Shown one piece after another: positions 30,967-46,479 of a DNA stretch of 64,000 nucleotides (the stretch's first letter is position 1; each line of letters opens with the position of its first letter). Both the position numbers and the translations under genes were made by a program. Below the pieces are notes generated by a model that was not told the origin of the DNA, searched no databases, and worked only from the letters and a program-made list of their open reading frames with translations. The DNA is from Eledone cirrhosa (Eukaryota), in the NCBI GenBank assembly GCA_964016885.1, contig OZ024742.1:201934001-201998000 (forward strand), read 5' to 3'.

Positions 30967-31249
30967 TCTCGCCCGACTCTGGAATCAAAGTCTTGGTGAA
31001 CCTTTGCTGTTGTAATGACAAAGTTTTTCATTCCAGAGTCGAGCCAGATCGATACAGATCGAACCTTAAGCTGATCAATAGCGAAACGAACGTCACCTGT
31101 CAATAAACGTAATGAAGGCTTAAGAAATAGTCCTCGTATTATTATATTACACTCTGTTTAGCTCTCTGCCTCGCCACTGACGGGAACCTAAACCTCGACT
31201 GCTCACCTAGGCGAACCTACAATAACATCACGTTACACTCCCTGGATGT

Positions 31250-34140
31250 TTCTAGGGCAGGTAAAATTCCTGAGATCCATGGTAGAATTCTCTACAGTGG
31301 TCTCTGTCCCTCATTATTGCTGCCATGTCCTGCGTCTCCAACAGACCATTGTCTGTCCTTAGGGCATCAACATACGTTAACCTTGGTCTTCCGCTTCTAG
31401 CGTGTCCATGAAGGGGCTCCCACAGGAGCACTGAGTGCAATGTCAACTCTGGATGTCGATGAGCATTTCCAGCTAACTTCAGTCTCCTCTGTGTCACTTT
31501 TGAGCTGACTTTTGGAAGGCTCCCATACAGCTCTGAGTTTTTCATCCTCAGTGTATACTGATTAATGTTCAGAGCCATCCTCAGCATTCTCGTGTAGCAC
31601 CCAGCCACCATGTGAGTGAGTTTCTAGGTCAGTGCCCAAATCTCAGACCCGTATAGCAGCACAGATTCCACTACAGTAATGAAGAGGCGGATTTCTAGGT
31701 CTTTACGAAGGTCCGACATCCACACCGATCTCAAGCTGTGGCACGCCACCCAGGCTTTGCTCTTCCTCTCAACCACATCATCTTCCGTATTCCCAATCTT
31801 TGCTCCCAAATACAGGAAGTCCTCAACCAATTCTAGCGGCTTCCCGCCTACATTAGTGATCCCATCTGGCTTCTCAACATTCTCTACCAGATATTTTGTT
31901 TTAGTCTCGTTCATTCTCAGCCCCACACTCATCGACACAGTCTCAACCTCCTGCACCAAATTCTCTGCCTCCTTCACTGTATTTGTCACCTAAACTATGT
32001 CGTCGGCAAATTCAGCATCTGATATCTTTTTCGCCTAAACTGTCCTGCTCTGAGCCGGTGCTACAGTAAAGCCAGAGTCCTGGTGTTTCTCCAGTGCAAA
32101 GCGTATACAATAGTCCACTACGATCATAAAAAGGTAGTGAGCCAATGTATCACCCTGGAGCACTCCAGCCAGTATCTCAAATAACTCTGTCATCCCATCA
32201 GGTGCAATGACTTGGGCTTTGGTGTTGGTGTAGAGCAGTGATATCATGTCCACTATCTTCTTGGGGATTCCATAAGCCTGTAAGATCTTCATCAGGCAGT
32301 GACGGTCCACAGAATGAAAGTCCTTCCTAAAGTCAATGAAAACCATAACCGCAAGAAGGCACTTTGCTCTAGCTCCCTCTAATATCCTCCTCAGCATCAG
32401 GATGTGACTGGTGGTTGATCTTCCCTCGCTGAAGCCGTTCTGGTTCTCCCTGAGCTTCTTCTCCATCTCAGACTAGATCCTGTTAAGAATCATCCTGTTG
32501 AGGGTCTTTGCCCCAAGTGACGTCAGTGAGATCCCCCTGTAGTTGTTGGTGTTAGAGAGATCTCCCTTCTTTGGCACTATGACGATGTTACTGATCCTCA
32601 ACTGATTCAGGGCAACTCCTTTCTCCAGTGCTTGGTTACAGAACCCCAGGATGATATCATCAAAATCACACCTCTTCATCACCTCTGATACCACTCCATC
32701 TTCTCCATGAGCCTTGCCCTCCTTGATCCTCTTCTTGGCTCTCTGAAGCTCCTCTCTGGTGAAGGGATCTGTCTCAATATCCAGTTTTTCAAACAGCCGC
32801 CTGATCTCCCCAGTATTCTGGGCTGTGGAGGGTGGCTCTCCTAGTAGGGTCCTAAAATGGTCCAGCCATTTCCTCTTCCTCTCCTCGGGCCCTGTTCCCT
32901 GGATCTGACTCGAAGACCTTCTCTTCCTCCCTGTGATCTCGTTGATGATCATCCAGCTCTCCTTATATCCAAATCTGTCAACCGCTCTCTCCACACTTCT
33001 GATCTTCTCTATCAGTGCCTCCTCTCTGGCCTCAGTGTAAGCGGTACAGAGCTCTTCCCTCATCACCTCCAGTCTCCATCCTCTCCTCCGTAGGATCAGC
33101 ATAGAATTGGTCTTTGGCAGCTTTCAGGTTTTCTCTGGCTGCACACACTTTTGGATTTGCAGAGCTGACGTGCTTCCTTTTGTTCTCTTTCCTCGTCACC
33201 AGGGTCCGCCACTGCATTGGTGAAGTGCCCGTACCTCCTTGTCACACTCTCCTCAGTCCACACAATCTCTCTCTCCTCTGACTCTCCACACAGAGCACTG
33301 AACCTGTTCCTCACTTCCACTGTGAACCTCTCCTGTAGCTTATCATCTTCCTTGAAAGCTCCCCAGTCATAGATTGCTCTCCGGGGCGGAGCCTTGCTCT
33401 TTCTTAAGCTCACCCGGACCTCACTCATAACAAGCCGGTGGTCACTGCCCAGTGTACTGAAATAGTTGCATGGTTCTGTGTTCAGAACACTATTCCGCCA
33501 CTTTTTCCTCACCAGAATTAAATCAATCTGGGACTTGGACAGGTGCATATCTGAGATGTAGGTCCACATCTTCCCCAGATTCTTCCTAAACATTAGGTTG
33601 GTCGCTATCAAGTTCGCCTCCAGCAGGGTGTCTCTCAGTAGTCTTCCATTTCGGATGGTGTTGTTATGGAAGTACCAGCAAGTATCTTCACTGCCCTCCT
33701 TACTCAGATGTGCATTGAAGTCCCCCAAAACAAGCAGGATGTTGTTGGCTTGTGTGGTGTTGACAGCTCTATGCACCTCCTCATGAAACTGTCTCCCTCG
33801 GTTGGACTATAGGCTGAGATGACTGTCAGTCTTGGGTTTCTATTGAAGGTCACCCCCAACACTTGCTGGGAGACAGGTATTATTTCCCTCACCAATAGTC
33901 TGGTTTTTGTGCTGAAAACACAACCCACTCCTCCCACTGCAGCCTTGGTCATGTTCCTCACTGCCGATGTGGTGATGAGCTGGCTCCTCTTCCCAATCAT
34001 CACACTCCTCACGGGCTCATCGTGTAGGATCCTGTGTTCTTGGATCGCAAGTATCTGTATACCACTCTCCTCGAACAGATGTCCCAACACCTCTCTCTTC
34101 TCCAGCGTCCGAATAGTCCTCACATTCAAAGTGCCCTGCA
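31250..34140 (-). mobile_element. Near full-length but disrupted RTE-clade LINE (APE endonuclease plus RT)
   Basis: GTLNVRT, LAIQEHR, LGDFNAH, SDHRLV, NYRGISL, QNGF, GVLQGDTLA, FADD (31999-32010) and LLYGSE, split over several frames. Confidence 0.93.
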
Positions 34141-34248
34141 TATATATATAAATATAAAAAAATATATATATATCCAGGAAACTCCAACCGTTATGGTTGT
34201 CTTTTTTCAGGGTATGTCAATATTCATTTATAAAACTAATCTGTATTG

Positions 34249-34314
34249 TATTTTATCTGATGAAAGCGCACCACAATTTGCCTTGGTGGCCCTTGAAATA
34301 TGTATAATAAAATA
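34249..34314 (+). ncRNA. Hammerhead ribozyme motif (family of 11055)
   Basis: 8-bp stem I TATTTTAT/ATAAAATA, CTGATGA at 34257-34263, stem II CACCA/TGGTG and GAAA at 34295-34298. Confidence 0.8.
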
Positions 34315-34356
34315 AATATGCTTTTATAAATATTTTCCATTTGTTAATATATTGTG

Positions 34357-34455
<99 letters not shown>

Positions 34456-34680
34456 ACTGTGACTCACATTAACTGTGACTGACTGTATCCCTACAGATTT
34501 GATTGATGTCCAGCGTCTTTTGCAGCGATAGAAATCTGAAAACTTTTATGACCTCAGCTGAAGTTAATAGCAGTCGCCATGTCTCTGACTGACTGGTGTG
34601 TCTCCATATGAGGGAATGAATTATGTGAGAGAACATCGTTATTTTTCCCCTCATATCAAGAATTTGAAGACAATTCATTT

Positions 34681-34754
34681 TCACCTGATGGAATCAGTTA
34701 TAATTGATCATGGCTTCACAATCGATTTATCTCTTATTGAAACATGTGTCGTGA
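34681..34754 (+). ncRNA. Hammerhead-like motif with a variant core
   Basis: TCAC CTGATGG ... GAAAC ATGT GTC GTGA, with stem I TCAC/GTGA and a GUC triplet. It lies in a segment of about 490 bp between (TA)n tracts. Confidence 0.6.
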
Positions 34755-34937
34755 TTAAATGATTGGAATTTTAACTTGCCTTCGGATTTTCATTTTGATA
34801 CTTATACTCCGTTTTACATCATCTAGCTGTTCCCTCGAATGGAATTGGAGATATACAAAAGCATGGAGAACTTAATATTGTTAACATAAAGTTATTGGAC
34901 CATTTTACACGACCAATAATGCACCTTACTATATAAC

Positions 34938-35008
<71 letters not shown>

Positions 35009-35199
35009 TTAATATATTTATATATATAGTAATATAGTAGACCACTTCAAAGTATTTAATACAAATCATGTTCACTTAAAAATAATTTTTAAATAATTAA
35101 AACATTCACAAACATGTATTCAATATGAATGAAACTGGAAGGCCCTATATATACGTGTGTGTATGTATAGATATGTGTGTGCATACATATATATATGTA

Positions 35200-35241
<42 letters not shown>

Positions 35242-35267
35242 ATAAAATTTGCTCCGAACGAACTACA

Positions 35268-35358
35268 CGTGTCTGAAAGAACCTACAGCCGTAGAATCAG
35301 CCAGATCCATACAGGGACCATGTCTCGAGCTACCTGCCGGCGAAACAATTGTAACACG
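35268..35358 (+). ncRNA. Hammerhead-like motif with a long stem II
   Basis: CGTGT CTGAAAGA ... GAAACAATTGTA ACACG, followed by AATAAA. Confidence 0.55.
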
Positions 35359-35454
35359 CAATAAATTGAGTCCAGATGCATCACTGATTTTTCGTTTTTT
35401 TATACTATATATATATATATGGGTGTCTGTGATCTATATAAACTGGTCATAGAC

Positions 35455-35546
<92 letters not shown>

Positions 35547-35750
35547 TCACATATATATACACACAAATAATCTCTCTATTTATGAAGTTACCCTGAAAGA
35601 ACACGTATCTCGGGAACCCGTGCACCAATTTACGCATGTAGGGGTCTTTCCAGGGCCAACTTCCTTTCAAAGTATTTCCCATTATGCGCCCTCTTGGCTG
35701 TATTACATTACAGACAAGCAAGCAAGCAATCGTAGAGTTTTAGTAATATA

Positions 35751-36357
35751 CTAGCAGAATGGCCCGGCGTTGCTCAGGATTTGCTCTAGGGTTCTTATAT
35801 ATTCGATATATATTTATCCTTATCGAGCCTCGTGAAATAAATACGTTTGTTTATAATTTGTTATTGTGTATGCAAAAATATCTGTACACGAATATGAAAT
35901 TATATATATATATATATATAAAAATAACAAATTAAAGTTTAAGCAAAGAATTGCTGCTTTCACCCTTAACGGGAGCTTCTGAAACTAAAAAAATCAATCT
36001 GTCAACGCAGAAGGAAATATTTCAAAAACGTTACACACTATATATATACACACACTATATATACTTATATATATATACACACACACACGCGTCATAATGT
36101 CGTAATGCAGACAACCAGACATACAGACAGATATTATAAGGGCGCAACGTTATAACTATGTATCTATCTAAAAAAAGAAAGACTAAGAATTATAGAGAGG
36201 GATCGCTAAATCGCCTAATGCGGTCCCTAGGGGATTGAACATTTGACACTCACAGGACCATAAGTATTATATGTGTAAAGTTTGAAAACAATCGGTTGGG
36301 TGGTTCTCGACTTTTAGTGATCGTTCAGACAGACTTCCTCTGTTTTAGATATATAGA
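35751..36357 (-). mobile_element. Non-autonomous Helitron
   Basis: The minus strand starts A|TC at 36357 and ends with the hairpin CTGAGCAACGCCGGG followed by CTAG|T at 35751. Confidence 0.8.
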
Positions 36358-36405
36358 TGTATGCACAAACGTAGATGCACACACATACACACCCATACAC
36401 ACACG

Positions 36406-36481
<76 letters not shown>

Positions 36482-37613
36482 ATACATACATAAGTCTCCT
36501 TTCTCCACAAAACTAAATTACATTAAAGGTGCCTGTGACTGTGGAATTCTCAATCATTTTCTTTTTAATTTCGTGAATATCTTCTTCCATTGATGAAACT
36601 ATTGGGACAGGTTTCTTCGCAATTGACGGATAGCCATTCCCCCCAAAATGTGTGAGTTTATGTCATAGCAACATTCATAATACAAATACCAACATTTGCT
36701 AAAAATTAATTGCTAATGTAGTAATATAATAAAGTTTAACATTATATATATATAATACAGATAATTTTTATCAGCCAAAAGATCACGTTTTGAAGAAAGC
36801 CGTTTGCGTCCATCGAATCATTCAGCTTAACAATCTTAATAGCTCTTTATTTTATCGATTTCATTGCGGTGGTAGTCTTTTCTTCTGTATAGAAGTTTTT
36901 GAAGTACAAGTCAGGTTTTTTTTAAAGAATATTCTTCCAGTTATAGCTGACATAGGAATTACGCATAGCTTGTAAATATCATAATGACTTTTGTGAGTCG
37001 TCTGTGCTACAAATTAATTGGTAATTCTTGATAATTATTTTTCTTTGTAAAATAGCAAATGATGTGTTTGCAGGATGGAAGCCATTCAAATAACGTGTTT
37101 ACATCTGTGAAGACAAATTCAGTATGGCTATGTTAAATAATTTTGGTGTCGTATTGTTATTCTTTGAAGCACGGCTATTCTGGGTCAATACCTTCAAGTA
37201 GCTAGTCGGTGATATTGATTCCAATACACATTTTTTAAAAGTCTAGGACGGATGTAATCGATTTAATTTCAGGATATAAAGAAATAGTTTAGGTTTCAAG
37301 ACGGTTGCTTTAAAAATAAGGATGAGGAGGTATAGATATATGCAAAGATACACACTTATAACCAATCTGCACAGAATTCGAAACAGTACTGTACCAGCTT
37401 AGACGTGGATTTTTATATTTTGGCGAATTTGTGTGCGCCAAACAAAGAGGGATATTCGCTGTAAAGTTTTTCATATGTTGATGTGTCGATACAATAATTA
37501 CACTGTTTTCATAGCTTTGGCGACTTACAATTAATCCTATGCGTATGCTCCAAATGAATTTATTGACCAAATTGTAGGCAACAAGATCGAAATTACTGGA
37601 TTTCGCACTAAAC

Positions 37614-37665
<52 letters not shown>

Positions 37666-37727
37666 CAGAAAATAATAACTGTTATTAATTCTGGCAATAT
37701 TACGCAAATATGACCCTCCCCAAATAT

Positions 37728-37770
<43 letters not shown>

Positions 37771-37985
37771 AAAGAATAGAGGTGTAACACACAAGTTATT
37801 ATATATTGGTAAACGGAATAGAAAATGCTGACAAATTGTTCACAGTGAAAAATAGTTTCATTAGGAATAAATGAGAATTAGTAATCGTATTGGTTAGTAA
37901 TCAGTTTTAGTTTTAAGTTTTACCGGTTGCGCATTTCTAAATGCTTTTCAAAAATAATTTTGAGATAGAGCGTCCGTGATGTTTG

Positions 37986-38305
37986 CTCTGAGTTCAAATC
38001 CCGTCGAGGTTAGCTTTGCCTTTCTTCCTTAGGGGGTGGATAAAATAGAGCACCTATAAAGCACTGGGCTAGATTTACTCCATCCCCCCCCCCCCGGAAA
38101 ATTGTTGGATTGTGCCTGAATCAGCAAGGATTGGCAGTATCGGTAGAGGGTCGGACGCCATACTTTCCAGCATAGTTACGTCCCTTTACGATCTGAGTTC
38201 AAATCCCGCCGAGGTTGACTTTGCCTTTCATCCTTACAGGGTCGATAAAGTACCAGTAATGCACTGGGTAATTGCTAGCCTTGTGCCTAAAATAGAAACA
38301 ATTAT
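37986..38305 (+). mobile_element. Two tandem SINE family A copies
   Basis: GAGTTCAAATCCCG.CGAGGTT and GCCTTTC.TCCTT cores each occur twice. Confidence 0.85.
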
Positions 38306-38311
38306 TAATAT

Positions 38312-38855
38312 TTCTTCTTCTTCTTCTTCTTCTTCTTCTTCTTCTTCTTCTTCTTCTTCTTCTTCTTCTTCGTCCTCTTCTTCCTGAAAGGGTCCTGGGA
38401 GCAGAGTCATCAAACACTGTTATACCAACGGGTCCTGTCAGAAGCAACCGTCTCCAACTAATCCGGCTGGATCCCCAAGCGAGACGAGCAAGTTCATGGA
38501 TGTTATCCAATCATCTTGCTGGATGTCTACCACTGGCTCTCCTGGCGGTTGATTTTGTGGGTAAAATCTGCCCTGTGATTCTTTCTCGAGACATTCTACC
38601 CACATGTCGATGGTATCAAGAATCGTGACCATAGGTAACGGTTAGCACGAAAGCCAAATTGAAAATAGCATGTTTGGATTTTACGCCTACCTCCCTGATC
38701 CCTACCTCCCTGATCCCTGAATGCTGAAGCTGGCGCATTACTGCACCAGCTCCTGCAATTCATGCTCTTAATTCAGCCCCTGCCTCGTAAATATGCCCCC
38801 GAGATACTTGAACTTCTTTACCTGCTTCAGTGGACCTCCAATTACATGGTTATTT
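38312..38855 (-). mobile_element. RTE 3' fragment with (AAG)n tail
   Basis: LKQVKKFKYLGGIFT. The 3' end is shared with 57540-57940, and the (TTC)n tail is at 38312-38385. Confidence 0.7.
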
Positions 38856-38879
38856 ACTAGTAGTAGTAGTAGCAGTAGC

Positions 38880-38930
<51 letters not shown>

Positions 38931-40194
38931 TCAGACCACCCCTGATTCGAAGTGTGATTTGCTGCTATTTCTAGCAGGTCATGCGACCACACAGCGGCTC
39001 CATCAATGGCTCGCGGGATCGTAAAATATATTACTATGTTTGCTAGTTAGAAGCTTCAAGTATACAGTGTTAACAACAGCGGAGACAAAGTCAATACTGC
39101 TATGTTATATAATATCATTTGTGCATTATATCTTCTCTTTTACTGCTATCAGTCATTCAGCTATGGACATGCTGAGGAACTGACTTGGAAGCAAAGATTT
39201 ACTCGATAATTTCCAACATGGCAGTTAATCTTTTATTTCAATTCTGGTATTATTTTCTCACTTTTTATCCCCTTTTCCCGAACCGCTGGTCACATAGTGA
39301 CACAAACAAACAAACACACACAGGCACAAACAAACACACACTCACACACAGTGACACAAACAAACACAGACACAAACACACACAAACGCTGACACACACA
39401 CACAGTGACACATACAAACACACACACTCAGACACACATATACACTGACTCAAACACACACACATACACTGACACACACACACACACACTGACACATACA
39501 AACACACAGAGACACAAACAAACACACAAAGACACACCGGTACTGAATCTAGTAAAAGAGTAAAATAATTAGTAACTGATTCATATATTCATTAACAAAA
39601 TTATTATGAATTATTAACTTATTTCACATTCAGTTTTAATATTTATATATATATATTTAGTAACACATTTCTTTCTTTCTAGCAAACGAGACTTTCTAAA
39701 GCACTAAATAATCAAATGAATAAATATAGTAATATATTTGATAACAGCACTAATAGGAATGACTACAAAATAAACAGCCTGTTCTATATAAATGCATATA
39801 CTATTATTTGTTCAGAGTATTTCAGAGTACAATGGTTATTTTCAAGTTAGATTTAGTTTCCATCGCTAACCCAATCCCACCCAAACCAACCCAACCTAAT
39901 CCAACCTAAAATATTCTATTGTTTCTCTGAGCATTTAAATAATATTTTCTTATATTCTGTATTTTTTTCCTTCTAATTATTCCTGAAAGTATTTTACTTT
40001 GGATTGTGCTAATATATGGTAAAATGAAAATGGAACATACTTTACTGAAAGATATTGAAGTAGGAATAATTGTCGGTGTTATTTTAGAAATATTGATTTT
40101 TAATTGTTTACCATATTTTGGAGCTCCGTATGTCTAATTCTGTATATGTGCATATATATATATATGCTTGTGTGTCTTTGTATGTATATATATG

Positions 40195-40251
<57 letters not shown>

Positions 40252-40471
40252 ATATAGTAAGAAGGGCGCAAGCAGCCGAAATGCATGATAAAGTTATATA
40301 TGTATAAAAACAGTGTGTAACCGAGATACGTTGGTCTAGTCTCGGTTAAGCAATCCATATGGGAGGGTCATGTTGCCAATCAAAACACAGGCACCTGTTG
40401 GTACTCATTTCAATTTATTACAAATTTCCAGTTGATTGGTTTAATAACCAGGTGGTTGTTTATTTATTTAT

Positions 40472-40515
40472 TGCAAAGGCTCTTTCGTCACACATTATGT
40501 GACCTCCTCAGTGAC
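40472..40515 (-). ncRNA. Minimal hammerhead motif (family of 21618)
   Basis: The minus strand reads GTCA CTGAGGA g GTCACA taatg TGTGAC GAAA gagcctttgc. The flanks are homologous to 21560-21830. Confidence 0.7.
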
Positions 40516-40699
40516 TAATTTGTTATTTTGTGTCTCTTCTTTGTTCTGCCCTACATATCTTTCACATGTGCCGTCTTCAAAATCATAATGATTAGGTCAC
40601 ACCTTGGCACACTGAGATCCATCCTAATCAAAACCACCTCACAGGTATTTCTTTCACGGACCTTTCCTCATCTTATATCATCTTTTACAAATCTAACGG

Positions 40700-43195
40700 T
40701 GATGGAACAATGAGTGAGAACACGCCTTGATGAGTCTGGAAGCTCTTTGACTAAACCCACTCGCAGATGGCAAATGAGTGGTGGTCGCTTTTCGGAAACC
40801 TGAAAATGTACAGTAATCATCTTCTACATCTGTATCTAGACAGACCTATATAGGAACTTTTCTGCCCACCCCAGATGGAAAAGATTCTGGAAAATGTGGT
40901 CCAAACATGAGACGTCCCTTCAAACCTCAGTGGATAATCACATTCAGTGAGTCACACAAAATGCAGTCGAAAAGCGAAGACATTTTTGAATCACCCAACT
41001 ATTATGAAAATCGGATTTTGAAATATCAGAAATTTGAATGATCATAAAGAAAATGAAAACTGACTTGAAAGAAGAACATCCTTCGTCACTCTAGAAATGG
41101 CACGTGTGTGTATGGACATTACTATCTTGAGTGAAACAAGACTTTCATAACAGGGTAAATTTGAAGAATTTGCTCCTGGACACTATTTTTCAGTAATGAA
41201 ATGTAAGTAGAGGAACGTCGTTTTCTTGGAGTTGCCTTTGGTGTGAAGTCATGATTTAATTTACTAGCAACTGAGCCCCATTATTTCCAACGTACTACAT
41301 AAAGTCAAGTGCATTTTGCTACGCGATGTTAATGCCAGAGTCGGAATTAACTATTGCCTGTGGGAGATCACTATAGAAAAACAAATTATCGGAAACTGCA
41401 ATGCAAACGATCAGTTACTACTCTGTCTCTAGAGTATGAATAATTTATTACACTCGTAGTCACAGCTCTAAATTCGCTTTAAAACTATTTGGGTGCACCC
41501 ACGTTTTAATTATTGGTATGTTCTTGAATGCATTGTTACACTTCAACGTGACAAGATATATGATTCTATCACCAAGACAGCAAGAAAGGCTGATGGCTGT
41601 TTCACAACCACAAATTTCAATCCCTTGAAAACCACCAGCCCACTTAAAATGTAAACCAAGAAGAAGGTTCAACACAGCGAACCCTAAAGAACAATTTGAA
41701 TGATTCGAAGAATACATCAAAGATAAACTTTCAAATATCTCCTCCGACAACAAGGACAAAAAGGAAGTGCAGGCAATAATACGAAACATCATCCAAGAAA
41801 GTGCTAAAAACACCATTCCCTTCAAGAAAAGAAACAATAACGATTGGCTCGACGAAAACAATGAGAAAGTCTCAAAACAGATTAAAACTGAAAAAGATGT
41901 ATGTTTATCTCTTGAACAAAACCGAATGTTAAACTTGAAGAACAAACGCTTTTCAAAACTCAAGCAGGTATATCAAATTCGGAACAGAAACATTCAAAGG
42001 TGTATAGAAAAGGCTATACAGCTTCCAGAATATGCAAATGCCAATTAGAAATGTTTATGCCATGACCAAAGAATTGTACGGTATTTTGAAACTTGTGACA
42101 ACGTCAACAATCTCAGAGATAACCGAAACATCCTGAACCACTGGAAGAAACACTTCAGTACACTCTTGAATAAAAACTCGATTATCGCAGAAGAATTTCC
42201 TAGAACAATTCTTCAACTTCCTCCCAAAAATGGATAGTGACCCCTCTATCGCTTTGTGAATTCATCGATGCCATAAAAATGGTGACGCCAAGGAAGTCAG
42301 CTGTCCCAGACAATCACACATTGGAGCTCATTCAAAATAATGGTCAGTCTTTAAGAAGAAGACTATTCAGCCTCATCCTAAAAATGTGGGAAATCCAAAT
42401 AGCATCTGCAGACATGAAGAATGTCTTTATAGATACACTCTTTAAGAAGGGAAATCGCAGCATTTGCAGAAACTAACGTGGCATGTCCTTCTTCTCCATC
42501 ACCAAGAAAGCCGTTGCGTGAATACTTCTTAACTGTCTCCTTGTTATCTCGGATAAAGTGTTGCCGAAATCTCAGTGTGGGCCTCAAGCCTCCCGATGAG
42601 TAATTGATATGGCTCTCTGTGCAAGAAAGACGAAGATAAAATGTAGAGAACAACAGACACCCCTGTTACTTGTTTTCTTTGATCTCGAAAAGTCTTTCGA
42701 CACTTTACTACGCGCAATGACTGTGTGAAATTGAGACAATTCGGTTGCCTTGATCTATTTGCGGCACTCGTCAGGACAGTAAACCACGGCATTGTATAAA
42801 AAGTGACATGTCAAAACAACACAACAGGACACTTTCTGATCAACGAAGGCTTAAAACAAGGATGTGTACATGATCCAAACATATCCTCCTTATACGTATA
42901 GCCATGCTTCACTAAATTCCATCTACCAACCCTGGTGTAAGGATCATATAAAGTTTCGATGGTGGACTCTACAATCTGTACAGACACGGATCACAAAGAC
43001 TGGCACACCATTCAAGATTCATCACTGAACTGCGATATGTTGACGTCAATGCCTCACCCGAAGAACTACAGGAATCAGTAATCAACTTCAAGAATGCGTA
43101 TGAACACTTCGCTCTGACAAACAACACACAGAAAAACAATATATATGCAAAATCTGCTCCAAAATCAAAATCATCTACTCCAATAATCTCGTTAA
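40700..43195 (+). mobile_element. Highly degenerate RTE-clade LINE
   Basis: DITILSETR, DWLDENNE, LFKKGNRSICRN, LPKSQCG and EGLKQGCV remnants with many stops. Confidence 0.8.
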
Positions 43196-43310
43196 CTGCT
43201 TGTCCTTGGTGAATAATAATTATCAACTATCGCTATTGGCGCAAAGACTGCTGCTAACAACGAACCGAATTCAATTGCTGTTGCTCTATCGTATGTATCT
43301 GTGTGTGTGG

Positions 43311-43590
43311 AAGCACGTGGCTTAGTGGTAAGGGTGTTGGACTTACGATCATAACGTCGTGGGTTGGATTCCTGTGTTTCGTGTTGTGTTCTTGAGCAAC
43401 ATACTTTATTTCCGTTGCTCCAGTATACTCAGCTGAAAAATGAGTCCTAACAATAGCTGGGGGTTTAACCCTGCGATGGACTGGCGTCTTATCCAGAGGG
43501 AAGTGTTGATCTCTCAGTTGCTTCACGACATGAAACCGGGATAAGCACCGGCCAAATGAGCCTTCTGGCCTAAGACAGACTTTAGACTTT
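43311..43590 (+). mobile_element. tRNA-derived SINE family B with (AGACTTT)n tail
   Basis: A box GTGGCTTAGTGG, B-box-like GGTTGGATTCC and cores GTGTTGTGTTCTTGAGCAA and AACCCTGCGATGGACTGG. A 3' copy lies at 61900-62026 (-), with older copies at about 6600-6770, 62140-62275 and 62540-62785. Confidence 0.82.
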
Positions 43591-43929
43591 ATATACATAT
43601 ATATATATATATATATAAAACGAGATTAATATCCCCACAGGTACTAAGTACCCTTGTAAATATATAGGGTGTCTATGATACAGTGGTTGTTCCATGGTAT
43701 TAATTTGACATACCAGAACTATAAAATTGAGATAAGCGGAGCAAGTAAGATTCAAACAATTTTTTTAAATAAATTAAAAAATATAATTTAAATATTTACC
43801 TATTCCATTTGCTTTTACCGACAGTTTCACCTTACAAAAGATTGGAGATCCCAGGGACCTCCAATGGAAATGTTCGGATCATATATACCTATATCTATAT
43901 ATATCTGTGTGTATGTGTGTGTGTCTGTG

Positions 43930-43966
<37 letters not shown>

Positions 43967-44998
43967 CTGTGTGTGTGTGTGTGTCTGTGTGTGTCTCTCT
44001 ATAGTCAGATATACAGAAATAAGCACGTAGTATATACACCCATACAAACACACATTCACAGAAAGAGTGAAATACCAACGTGGACACAGAAAGATGCGGA
44101 CTCACGAATTCTCATACACGTAAATAGAAACACACAGAGTAATTGAATTATTAATATACACATCAAAATTTAATCTGTTAGATACTAAATTGCGATGTAG
44201 TGTGGAGCAGTGCAGCGATTACCCAAATTTCATTTTATATAGAATAAGACCAGTCAACACTCCCCGTCTCCTCATTGTTGGGAAAATGGGTATAGCTTTC
44301 ATTACGTAAAATCCCCCATTCTTCCTCATCTCTCCCCATTGTGGGGCACTTTTTTATGGCTTTTAGGGGTAGACAAGTCTGATAGAACTTTAAAAAATCT
44401 AAAAGCTACAGCCGTCACTCGCAATCAAGTATGATTTGGTAGTATATAACATGTTTTCACTAGGAATTTTGTGCGCCATTGCTGTCACGAGCGGACACAA
44501 ATTCCCTGTCCACACACACACACACACACTCTCTCCCCTATTGCTTTGTTCAAGCGGAACCTTAAAAGTCTGACAGCTGTAAGGAAAGATGTCCGCACTA
44601 ACGGTGCACTGGTATTGTCTTTATCGACCTTGGAAGTATGAAAAGTAAAGGTGAACTCAGCATACATTGACGCGGAACCTATGTACCATGTTATAACGAC
44701 TCGGTAAAATCGATGGTTTATATATCCGCAAAGAGGACATAGATTATACATGTATAAATGTTACATTCAAATCATAATCTGTAATTAAAAGAGGGTTGTT
44801 TATTGTTTAAATGTCAAATATTCGTTGAAATCTTTTGGTATTTCTCAAGTATTGTTATGTTATTGTTTATGAGAACGAAGGATATTAAAAGGGAAACTAT
44901 AACTGAACTATTGTATTAGGTATAATTATTATTAAGTAATAGTAACTACTTCATACAATTTTCAAATATCAGACAAGGAAATCTGTATTAATTACATT

Positions 44999-45618
44999 CA
45001 GACTCAGACTCAGAAGCTCCCGCGTCTTGCGACGCATGAAGCAATCATAGTGTTCCATCGCGTTCGGTCAGCAGCCAGTTGCACAGCGTCCCGCCATTGT
45101 CTGTGTGTCGCTCGCAGGTCCCTCTCAACTGTTTGGCGCCAGTTCATTTTGGGTCGCACTCTCCGTCTGCTTTCCTGCGGGCTCCATTTAAGTACTTGGT
45201 TCGCCAGTTTCTCCGGGGGAAGTCTCAAAGCGTGTCCAAACCAGCCCAGGCGTCGCTTGCAGATGGTAGAAGAGACTAGCTGCTGGTCGGTGTGGTTCCT
45301 GACTTCCTGGTTTGTTACATGGTCACTCCATTTAATCCCCAGGATCTTTCGCAGACATCTGGAATCGAATGCGTCCAACTTCTTCTCTTGGCTGGTCTTA
45401 AGGTGCCATGTTTCACTTCCGTACAAGAGTGTGGACAGCACGTTGCTGTTGTAGAATCTCATCTTTGTTTTGAGGGTGAACTTCCTGCTCTTCCAGATCT
45501 TGTCAAGCTGGTTAAATGCTGCTGAAGCCTTTCCCATTCTACATTGCAGTTCATTGTCCATGGTGCCCTCTTTATTAATGGAACTTCCTAGGTAGTTGAA
45601 GTTGTCCACTATCTCCAC
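44999..45618 (-). mobile_element. Young 5'-truncated RTE insertion with a 12-bp TSD
   Basis: Uninterrupted 202-codon RT C-terminal frame, (TCTGAG)n tail and TSD ATTAATTACATT at 44987-44998 and 45619-45630. Confidence 0.92.
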
Positions 45619-45670
45619 ATTAATTACATTACGCCAATTAAAAAGTAGCTCTCACTGTATTATTCAAAGG

Positions 45671-46380
<710 letters not shown>

Positions 46381-46479
46381 TATGTATACATAAGTATGTA
46401 TAAGTAACAGCCGTACGAAGAGTGGGAAATGAAATTTCGTTTCATTTTTTTCGTATATATATATATATATATATATAAG

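Noticed and set aside
36600-37600. Possible hAT transposase remnant on the minus strand
   Set aside because: Only vague motif resemblance and no TIRs, so it cannot be supported without a search.
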